DNA of 64,000 nucleotides. It comes from Dehalococcoidia bacterium. Its GTDB lineage: Bacteria; Chloroflexota; Dehalococcoidia; Lucifugimonadales; UBA3495. How positions within the stretch are numbered: position 1 is the first letter of the stretch; the number at the start of each line of letters is the position of its first letter. The DNA lies in assembly GCA_965216155.1 (NCBI GenBank), contig CBDCFD010000007.1:528526-592525 (forward strand). Direction: 5' to 3'. Shown piece by piece: positions 57,119 through 64,000 of the stretch. Position numbers and translations under genes: made by a program. Under the pieces are notes generated by a model. It made no database searches and was not told the DNA's origin. It saw only the letters and a list, made by a program, of their open reading frames with translations.

Positions 57119-57823
57119 ATGGCCGACCATTCCCTGGAAAGGGTCAAGTTCCTTACTTTCGACATATTCGGCACCGTCATGGACCTGACGGGAAGCTTGG
57201 CCGGCCCGGCCGGGGACTTCCTGGCGGCCAATGGGTCGGACATGACCGGGCAAGCCTTCTATGCGGACTGGAGGGAACGCCAGCGCATCGAGCAGTACCA
57301 GGACAGCCTGCTGATGCTGGGTCACAGCGGCTACCTGGAGACCTGCCGCCGCGCCTTTGTCTACTGCTTGAAGAAACACAACGTGAACTATACGGCCGAC
57401 GGTGTGCGGGAGTTTATGCAGGTCTACATAGACCTGCGACCCTATGCGGACGCCATCGAAGGCCTGAAGTCACTGGGCAGCCGATACAAGCTGGTGGCGC
57501 TGTCCAACGGGGAGCAGTGGTACTTGGAGAAGCTGCTGGTCAGCAACGTGCCGGTGGAGTTCGACGCGATTATATCGGTGGACCAGGTGGGGGCGTTCAA
57601 GCCCGCCCCGGGAATTTACCGTAAAGCGGTGCAGCGGCTGGGGTGCGAGCCCGGGGAGATAATGATGGTCGCGGCACACGCCTTCGACATACTGGGCGCC
57701 CAAGCCTGTGGCTTCAGGGCGGCCTATGTCAACCGCTACAAACTGCCCACCGAGGACTCGGAGTACCAGCCCGACATTATCGTAGACGACTTTGTCGCGT
57801 TGGCCGAGCGCCTGTTGCCATGA
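57119..57823 (+). CDS. Haloacid dehalogenase type II (HAD superfamily)
   Basis: FLTFDIFGTVMD (motif I), ALSNG (motif II), VGAFKPAPGIY, MMVAAHAFDILGA. Confidence 0.8.
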   Translation: MADHSLERVKFLTFDIFGTVMDLTGSLAGPAGDFLAANGSDMTGQAFYADWRERQRIEQYQDSLLMLGHSGYLETCRRAFVYCLKKHNVNYTADGVREFMQVYIDLRPYADAIEGLKSLGSRYKLVALSNGEQWYLEKLLVSNVPVEFDAIISVDQVGAFKPAPGIYRKAVQRLGCEPGEIMMVAAHAFDILGAQACGFRAAYVNRYKLPTEDSEYQPDIIVDDFVALAERLLP

Positions 57824-57849
57824 TGAAAGGCATTGGCCAGTGGGCCGGC

Positions 57850-58560
57850 TTGGAATAGTCGTTTACCATGGCATAGACGGCAGCGAGGAACCGCGGCGGG
57901 CCGGGAGCGCCGGGTTCGGACCGCTGTGGGTAACGAAGCGGTATTGTTACGAGGAGACCATTTTCCTTACACTCGCAACGCGGTACTGCTGGCCATGTCC
58001 ACCGCCACCCTCGGGCGGATGTCCGGCGGGAGGCCGTGCTTGGGGTTGGGGCCGGAGCGAAAGTGGGATCATCCAAGGCAGGATGGGGATGCCCTACGGC
58101 GGCCCCTTGAAGGTCATGGAGACTGTGGTCGCCACCCTCCGGGATTTGCTGACGGGAGAAGCGGCAACGACTACCGATGGATCGTCCCGGTTGACCAACG
58201 TCCGGCTGGCTATTATGCCGAGCAAGCTGATGCCACACATTGCCTGGCGGCCATCGGCCCCAAGGCGCTGCCTCTGGCTGGCGCGATAGCCGACGGGGTG
58301 CTGTTGAACGCCTGCACGCCGGTTGACCATGTGAAATACGCGGCGGACGGGGTGCGGAAGGCGGCACGGGAGACCGGGCGCGGCCCTGATTCGGTGGACA
58401 TAGCCTGCATGTTGGTGATGCGGCAGACCGACGAACCGGAGCGGTTCCGCCCTGACTTGGAAAGTCGGATCGGGAGCCTGCTGGAAGAACCCCCCGTGGG
58501 CGGGATATTGCTGGAAGAAGGGCGGGTTCGGTCCGTCAATCCTCAAGCCGTTGCTGCTGC
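57850..58560 (+). pseudogene. LLM-class oxidoreductase remnant (frameshifted; boundaries approximate)
   Basis: GMPYGGPLKVMETVVATLRDLLTGE in one frame. IGPKALPLAGAIADGVLLNACTPVDHVKYAADGVRKAARETGRGPDSVDIACMLVMR in another. Confidence 0.6.
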
Positions 58561-58813
58561 CCAGGCTGGAAGACTTTCAGGAGGTAGCGCAAGCCCACGG
58601 GAGACAACGGGCAGGCCATGTGCAACGTCGCGGGAGCTAATCCAACAGTTCGCAGTCATTCCGGCGCAGGCGGGAATCCAGAGTCATTGCACAGACCCTG
58701 AAGGAGCTAGCGATTGAGGAGTGAGGGGTTTATCATCGGATCGTCAGTCCGTCCCTCCTGATTTACATTAGGTAACCGTCGCTTCCGGCAAAACAGTCCA
58801 AAGGAGTCGAGAA

Positions 58814-59398
58814 ATGACCACCAGCCCCATCGACCCCAACCGGGTATTGCTCACCGGGGAAAACCCGTACATCAGGCTCAGCGAGACCGACGACGGGCCG
58901 GTCACCACCGACGCCAGCTTCTGGCGAATACTGTTTTCTCCCGGCGGCCCAGGCCACGTGCTGTTCCTTCAGAGCGAGCTGACCGGTAACGAGCCGAGGA
59001 TTTACACCGACAACATCCAGATGACGCGCTGGCTGCAGGGCGAAATACAGGGCAGAATCAACGCCACGTTTGGGAATCTGGAAATATGGGCCCGAGACGC
59101 GTCCTTCCGAAGCTCCGGCGACCTGAGGTCCTATTGGACAGAGTCAGTGAATGCCAGCGGTGAAGAAATCGCCCTGACGTGGTACGACCTTGGGGAGCCG
59201 TTCCTGAGCCACAGTTTTCCCAGCGGCAACCCGGAACGGCCTCACGGAGTGGCAACGGTGCTGATACCGGCCAACGGCGCTCGTCTTACCATCAACGGGA
59301 ATTTCGCCAAGGGGTGGCCTTTCCCCCGGCAACGGGACGCCCGGACGCACAGCACCTGCGCGTTGGCCTTCTCCGAGTCGTGGATGCTGCCTTACTAA
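58814..59398 (+). CDS. Hypothetical protein (194 aa)
   Basis: Clean ORF with a protein-like composition. No family recognised. Confidence 0.45.
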   Translation: MTTSPIDPNRVLLTGENPYIRLSETDDGPVTTDASFWRILFSPGGPGHVLFLQSELTGNEPRIYTDNIQMTRWLQGEIQGRINATFGNLEIWARDASFRSSGDLRSYWTESVNASGEEIALTWYDLGEPFLSHSFPSGNPERPHGVATVLIPANGARLTINGNFAKGWPFPRQRDARTHSTCALAFSESWMLPY

Positions 59399-59670
59399 AG
59401 TGGGGAAAGCCGGGCGGTCCGTTTCCAATACTGCGGCCTCGGATTAACGATATAGAATAAGCCACTATCCGGTGATGAGGTGTGGCGGTGGCAGGACTCA
59501 GGGATGAAGTGGCGCAAGTGGCCCGTTGGTCCGATGGCATTAAAGGTGTCAATGGCGCTGACAAGTTGGGCCACTGGGGCGGTGGAATCGTGTACCACTG
59601 GCCTGATGACTGTCAGCAGTAAATTGGTCGGAGTGGGGACGTTACAGGAGGAGGGAGCGTTGACGGTGCG

Positions 59671-60450
59671 TTATGCGTCGTCCGGTTCGTCTGACAGATG
59701 GGAGGGGGCGGTCTCCCTACTGCGTTTGAGCCTGTAGCTCTCGCCGTTCATCTCCAGGATGTGGACGTGGTGGGTGAGCCGGTCCAGCAGCGCTCCGGTG
59801 AGCCGTTCCGAGCCGAAGACCTCGGTCCACTCGTCGAAAGGGAGATTAGTGGTTACCATGATGGAGCCCCGCTCGTAGCGCTGGCTGAAGACCTCGAAGA
59901 GCAGTTCCGCGCCGGTCCTGGAAAGTGGGACGAAGCCCAGCTCGTCGATGATCAGCAGATTCACCCGTGACAGTTGCCGCTGCAGGTTGAGCCGCCGCCT
60001 TTCGTCTCTGGCCTCCATCAACTCGTGGACCAGGGCGGCGGCGGTGAACCCCACCGACATGCCCCGCTGGCAGGCGGCCAGGCCCAGCCCCAGGGCCACA
60101 TGGGTCTTGCCGGTGCCGCTGTTGCCGGCGGCGATGACGTTTTCACGGCGCTGGATGTATTCACACCGGGCCAGTTCCATCACCAGGGCCTTGTTCAGCG
60201 ATGGGATGGCTGGAAAGTCGAAAGTGTCTGGACTCTTGACTGCGGGAAAGCGGGCGGCCCGGATCCGCCGTTCCACCATGCGCTGGTGGCGGTCGATGAG
60301 CTCCAGTTCGGCGAGGCGCAGCAGGTACTCCGGGCGGTCCACACCCTCGACGGCGCACTGCGCTGCCATCTTCCCGTATTCCCTGAGAAAACTGGGCAGC
60401 TTCAGCTCCTTCAGGTTGTGTTCCAGCAGCAGCGTCGACCGGTCGTTCAT
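59671..60450 (-). CDS. istB: IstB helper ATPase
   Basis: MNDRSTLLLEHNLKELKLPSFLREY...GNSGTGKTHVALGLGLAA...LLIIDELGFVPL... intact. The start overlaps the istA stop. Confidence 0.9.
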   Translation of the reverse strand: MNDRSTLLLEHNLKELKLPSFLREYGKMAAQCAVEGVDRPEYLLRLAELELIDRHQRMVERRIRAARFPAVKSPDTFDFPAIPSLNKALVMELARCEYIQRRENVIAAGNSGTGKTHVALGLGLAACQRGMSVGFTAAALVHELMEARDERRRLNLQRQLSRVNLLIIDELGFVPLSRTGAELLFEVFSQRYERGSIMVTTNLPFDEWTEVFGSERLTGALLDRLTHHVHILEMNGESYRLKRSRETAPSHLSDEPDDA

Positions 60451-61958
60451 GCCGCTCTCCCCGACAGCAAGGTCATGTAGTCCCCGGCGGACGCGGTGCT
60501 CACACGGACCCGGGGCATGTAGGGATAGATCTCCAGGTCCAGCCTGGGCGGCCGCCCCTCCAGCCGGCACAGCACCAAGTGTTTCACGGCGTCGAAGCTG
60601 ATGGCTCCCTGCCGGAGGGCATCCTTTACCGCTGCAGCCACCTCCTGCTGGGAGAAGGCCTCCAAGAGCCTCAGCACCTGGACGAATTCCCGCTTGCCCC
60701 GTCGTCCCATCCTGGATTCCAGCAGCAGCTGCAGCGTGTCGAACTCATCGGGCAGAGCCCAGCCCTGCAACGGCGCGGCCTGGTCCAGAGCTCCCGGCTT
60801 GCGCTCCAGGAGCGGCAGGTAGTGGACGGGGTCGTAGACGAAGTCGTCCCGATCGTATGATCGGGGGTGTCTGGCGATGACCTCAGACCCGCAGCTGATG
60901 ACCACCTCATCAACGTAGCCCCGAACCAGGACGTCCCGGTGTCCGTAGGCCGCCGGCACGGAGTAGTCGTTGGTCCTGTACCTTACCAGCGACAGGGAAA
61001 TCACCCGGCCCGACTGCCTCTCGCAGGCGTCGTAGGCTACTGGCGGCAGCGGCAACAGGGCGTCCAGGTCCCGCTCCATCCGATGGCCGATGGTCTCCGT
61101 ATGTCCCCTGAGCTTGGCGTCCATTCGTTCCAGGCAACGTCGCTCCAGGTAGGTATTGAGCGCATCGAAGCTCTCGAAGGACGGCACCGGCACCAGGACG
61201 TTTCGGCGCATTTATCCCACCAGGCCCTCCACCTTGCCTTTGTCGTTGCCCTTGCCGGGGCGTCCGAACCGGTCCTCGAACAGGTAGTGAGACTGCAGCT
61301 CGGTGAAGGCGCGGGTGCGTTGACGCCGGCCGTCTCCCAGGATCCTGGCCACGGCCAGCTTGGTATTGTCGTAGAGGATGCTCTGGGGCACCCCGCCCAG
61401 GAAGGCGAACGCTGATACGTGCCCGTCCAGGAAGGCCTCGGTGGTCTCCGCCGGGTAGGCCTTCACGAAGCAGCCGTCGCTGTGGGGCAGGTCCAGTATG
61501 AAGCAGTGGGCCTTGCGCTCCACCCCGCCGATGACCCATAGGGCCTCGCCGAAGTCGCACTGGGCGTGTCCCGGCGGATGGGACAGCGGCACGAACATCT
61601 CCTTGGTCTGGCGGCGATGCTCTCTTACATAGTCCTTGACTATGGTGTAATGACCGTCGAATTCGTACTCGTCCCTGAGGCGCTCGAAGATGCGCTTGGC
61701 GGTGTGGCGCTGCTTCCTGACCACACGCTGGTCCTCTTCAAGGATACGGTCGATGACGCCGGTGAAGGGCTCCAGCTTGGGACGCCGGGGGGTAGTCTGC
61801 CTCCGGTAACCCGGAGGCACGGAGTAGGCCAGCATCTTGCGCACCGTGTCCCGGTGCAGACCGAATGTCCGCGCAGTCTCCCGGATGCTCATCCCCTCCA
61901 CCATCACCGCCCTTCGGACCCGCAGATATACGTCCACTCTGTACATCCATCGCACCAT
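60447..61958 (-). pseudogene. istA: IstA transposase with one in-frame TAA (61212-61214)
   Basis: ORFs 61212-61958 and 60447-61211 are contiguous in one frame. VEGLVG*MRRN corresponds to VEGLVGYVRRN in the copy at 38564. Confidence 0.85.
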
Positions 61959-62487
61959 CCATGGGGTCGGCTACAACCCTATGAATGATGGAGGGCGGCA
62001 TAGTATTCAGTCGCCGATACTCAGCAATCTTCCGCCCACGCGGTCCAATTTACCTCCGCCGTTTACACTCTGCCACAGGGAATATCTTCTTACTTTGGTC
62101 AATCATTGCTTTTGCTCCTCCATATCTGTTTGGTCCGTCGCACCACCCTGTGGCAGACGTTTTTAACCCGGGCAGTGCGACTCACCGACTCCTCACCCCT
62201 GGGCTTTCGATCCACCCTCTTGTTACATTACTGCTTTGATATTACCTCACTAGGTTGATGATTATCTCCTCGTTTACGGGACGGTCGTGCCTGCGCAAAG
62301 TCTCTGGGGCGGCCTTTCCGCGGGAAAACGTTTCGGCAGGGGTTTCCGCGAGGTCCTGCGGTAGCTGGCCGAGCTCGCCGGCGTCGTGCAGCTCGTCCCC
62401 CGCGGAAAGTGCCCGTTTTAGGCAGGGTTGAGAATCGCTCAGAATCGCAAAATCTCGGACTGCGGGGAATGAGCCCTGAAAAGGCGT

Positions 62488-62519
62488 GGAGGCCCTGCTT
62501 TTCAAGACTCAGGGCCTCC
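62488..62519 (-). terminator. 10-bp GC-rich hairpin downstream of the ASCH gene
   Basis: GGAGGCCCTG / CAGGGCCTCC with a 12-nt loop, 30 nt after the distal stop at 62550. On the minus strand it is followed by ACGCCTTTTC, a weak U tract. Confidence 0.45.
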
Positions 62520-62549
62520 AGCGTAGACAATTTGCTGTGGGCCAGGCCG

Positions 62550-63062
62550 CTATTGCGCGGGATCCCATTCCCAGAAGCCCTGCCTCCCGACAGCGTTCGC
62601 TGGGCAAGGAAGCTGGGTCACATCCGCAAGCTCCCACAGATGCCGGCCCCTGCTGAAGTCCCCGAAGCGGTCAACCCGAAGCATCCTTTCGACGGCGGCG
62701 TTCCATCCGTGGACTTGGCCATCCATCACCTAGGAGTCCACCTGCCAGACGGCCACCAACCGTGCAGTACAGAGCACTTTCCCGAAGGGCGTCGTCTTGG
62801 TGGGGGAGACCACGCCTGCCGGATCACGTTGATACCCCTCGGGTACGGGGTCGATCTCTTGGAGCACGCGAAGGTCCTCTTTCGTGGGCCTTCGTTTTGC
62901 TGCGTGGATTGCGATGGTGCAGCCGACCAATAGCTTGGGAGGCCGCCAGTTCCTCATTTCAAGCGTCTTGTGGCCCGAAGCAATCAGAGACGCCCACGGT
63001 TCGTGCAAGCTAATGGCTTTCAATACTTGCTCCTCGGTTCGGACAAGCCCCATTATGCCCAT
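62550..63062 (-). pseudogene. ASCH-domain protein gene with an in-frame TAG (62730-62732)
   Basis: AISLHEPWASLIASGHKTLEMRNW... up to the TAG. The same frame continues ...FGDFSRGRHLWELADVTQLPCPANAVGRQGFWEWDP, the expected ASCH C-terminus. Confidence 0.7.
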
Positions 63063-63087
63063 GGTTTACCCCAAGCCCCGAACGCAG

Positions 63088-63163
63088 TGGTAGTCCCGCA
63101 GGGATTCGAACCCGGGTCGCCGGCTTGAAGCGCCGGAGTGCTGAACCGCTGCACCACGAGACC
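63088..63163 (-). tRNA. tRNA-Glu(UUC)-like gene with an encoded CCA and a non-canonical anticodon loop (C33)
   Basis: The reverse complement GGTCTCGTGGTGCAGCGGTTCAGCACTCCGGCGCTTCAAGCCGGCGACCCGGGTTCGAATCCCTGCGGGACTACCA folds as a cloverleaf: 7-bp acceptor stem with two G-U pairs, D stem GTGC/GCAC, anticodon stem CCGGC/GCCGG with loop GCTTCAA, and a T arm with one C-U mismatch. Confidence 0.7.
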
Positions 63164-63525
63164 TCACAAATTTCTTAGAGGAGCTCCGCAGGTCGGAACT
63201 CCATACCGAGGCGGCGCTCACTGTCGTCGGTACTCTCCTTCTCCCCGGCTACTTGGATTACAAGCGTCCGCCGGGGAATTTCACCCAAGTTCGGTTGCAC
63301 AACCCCGGTTACGTCACCCCGGCCCGACACCCTGGCAAAACCGGCCCCAAGCAGAAATCCCCCGTTTGGGCAACAAGAGTAGGGTGTCGTTGGTGCAAGG
63401 TTAGCGAGCGAACGGCCTTGGACGGCAAGGGCTTGTCAAGTGACAGCAGGAAGAGAGGTTGTCGGCAGGCCCAGGATAGCGGCTAATGCCGGGCCCAACG
63501 GACAAGATTCAGACGCCCGGCGAAC

Positions 63526-64000
63526 CTACTGTTCGTACCAGCCCGAAGCAAAGATGTAGCCGTCGTGAAGTACCGCGAAGGTGTGCTTCCTTTGGTTCTC
63601 GCCGGTTTCAGGGTTGACTATCACGTACTCCACCCAACGTCCGGCTTCGGTAGCCCCCAGTAAGTCATCGCCATAGAAGTAGCCTGTCGGATCCACCCGC
63701 AGGCTGGGATCCCTTCCTCTCAACACGGGGTTGTGGTGGGCAATGGTAAAGCCGCTTTCACCATCGATGATGAAGGCGTACCACTGGCCGTCCACATTCT
63801 CCCCGGTGTTGTAGTAGTCAACGGTGTCCTCCAAGCCCACCGCTTCGTAGAGATTAATGGCCTGCTGCACTACGGCCTCCGTGTAGGCCGGGGCGTCGGT
63901 CTTCCGCGGCCCTTCCTCGTACCAGCCGGACCCGAAGGTAATCCCGTCGTGAATTACCATCCACGAATGTTTGGTCTCCACCGAGTCCGTGGCAGGGTTG
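63526..64000 (-). CDS. Cache-like (sCache_2-type) repeat protein, C-terminal part. The gene continues beyond the window end.
   Basis: Two repeats of the pattern ...YYN.GEN.DGQWY.F.ID.. / HDGY(I/T)F(A/G)SGWYE. The ORF is open to the window edge. Confidence 0.55.
   Translation of the reverse strand, partial: NPATDSVETKHSWMVIHDGITFGSGWYEEGPRKTDAPAYTEAVVQQAINLYEAVGLEDTVDYYNTGENVDGQWYAFIIDGESGFTIAHHNPVLRGRDPSLRVDPTGYFYGDDLLGATEAGRWVEYVIVNPETGENQRKHTFAVLHDGYIFASGWYEQ

Larger units (their letters stand above)
59547..62067 (-). mobile_element. IS21 type A, full-length copy (about 2.5 kb)
   Basis: Ends TGTCAATGGCGCTGACAAGTTGGGCC (59547-) and the reverse complement of 62041-62067, TGTAAACGGCGGAGGTAAATTGGACC. 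It contains istA-istB with an ATGA overlap. No target duplication is evident. Confidence 0.85.

Noticed and set aside
43090-62732. Stop-codon reassignment or programmed read-through (TAG or TAA decoded as sense) as the explanation for the in-frame stops.
   Set aside because: TGA, TAA and TAG all terminate well-defined intact genes at the expected C-termini in this window (for example TAG for GGT and the LLM at 17817, TAA for SWIM and CDF, TGA for Uma2 and the deaminase). The lesions also co-occur with frameshifts. Pseudogenisation or sequence error is the simpler explanation.
63088-63163. Reading the tRNA anticodon loop as CUUCAAG, which would give anticodon UCA (a selenocysteine or UGA-suppressor tRNA).
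   Set aside because: That register leaves only one of five anticodon-stem pairs, and the variable arm is short with a 7/5 acceptor/T geometry, unlike tRNA-Sec. The perfect CCGGC/GCCGG stem fixes the loop as GCUUCAA.
63170-63520. A structured RNA gene (RNase P RNA, tmRNA, SRP or 6S) in the 350-nt gap next to the tRNA.
   Set aside because: I could not find the conserved RNase P P4 motifs (GGAAAGTCCGG / ACAGAA.CCGGCTTA), a tmRNA tRNA-like end, or the SRP GGAA/AGCA helix-8 motif on either strand. The question is left open for an Rfam scan.

Overview
64-kb high-GC (about 60% by eye) bacterial segment; no rRNA and no cas genes. The taxon cannot be assigned from sequence alone. The many luciferase-like oxidoreductases, the DUF1800/DUF1501 pair and a leaderless-type promoter are compatible with Chloroflexota or Actinomycetota, but this is inference only.

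The window is a mosaic of two kinds of DNA.

(i) Ordinary-looking metabolic and transport blocks:
- 11.1-25.4 kb: CDF exporter, adenosine-deaminase-like protein, GGT, three LLM oxidoreductases, esterase, NMT1-type binding protein, arylsulfotransferase-like propeller, amidase, GlcG.
- 41.4-50.7 kb: MFS, Gfo/Idh/MocA, FAD oxidoreductase, NHL propeller, DUF1501/DUF1800.
- 53.7-59.4 kb: ABC exporter, HAD dehalogenase.

(ii) Strongly eroded accessory DNA (0-10.3, 25.7-41.1, 46.2-47.0, 50.9-53.5 and 59.5-63.2 kb):
- An ISAs1 fragment, four copies or fragments of one IS21-type element plus a second IS21 type, an IS110, two IS630, an IS5 fragment and an IS3 relic.
- Three MITE-like insertions with recognisable target duplications or empty sites.
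- Many genes broken by frameshifts, in-frame stops or insertions.

Most interesting observations:
1. A diverged two-gene cassette (basic CxxC-x10-CxxC zinc-ribbon protein plus coiled-coil/PD-(D/E)xK-like protein) is present twice in direct orientation. Both copies keep a TATAAT box 7 nt before the start codon. The copies bracket an ~8-kb graveyard of defence-type genes: a type III res-like N-terminal fragment, a CoiA-like nuclease cleanly split by IS630, an Rx4H (HEPN-like) two-domain gene, and a bPH-type gene hit by a MITE.
2. Two degenerate type I-E-like CRISPR mini-arrays (29-nt palindromic repeats at about 61-nt periodicity, one repeat with a compensatory stem change) have no cas genes nearby. 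One lies next to a PcfJ-like plasmid-type gene and one just upstream of an orphan histidine kinase, which also has looser repeat relics downstream. Each locus lies next to a related small membrane-protein gene.
3. A tRNA-Glu-like gene has a non-canonical C33.
4. The unusually high load of nonsense and frameshift lesions could be real decay, or partly homopolymer sequencing error.
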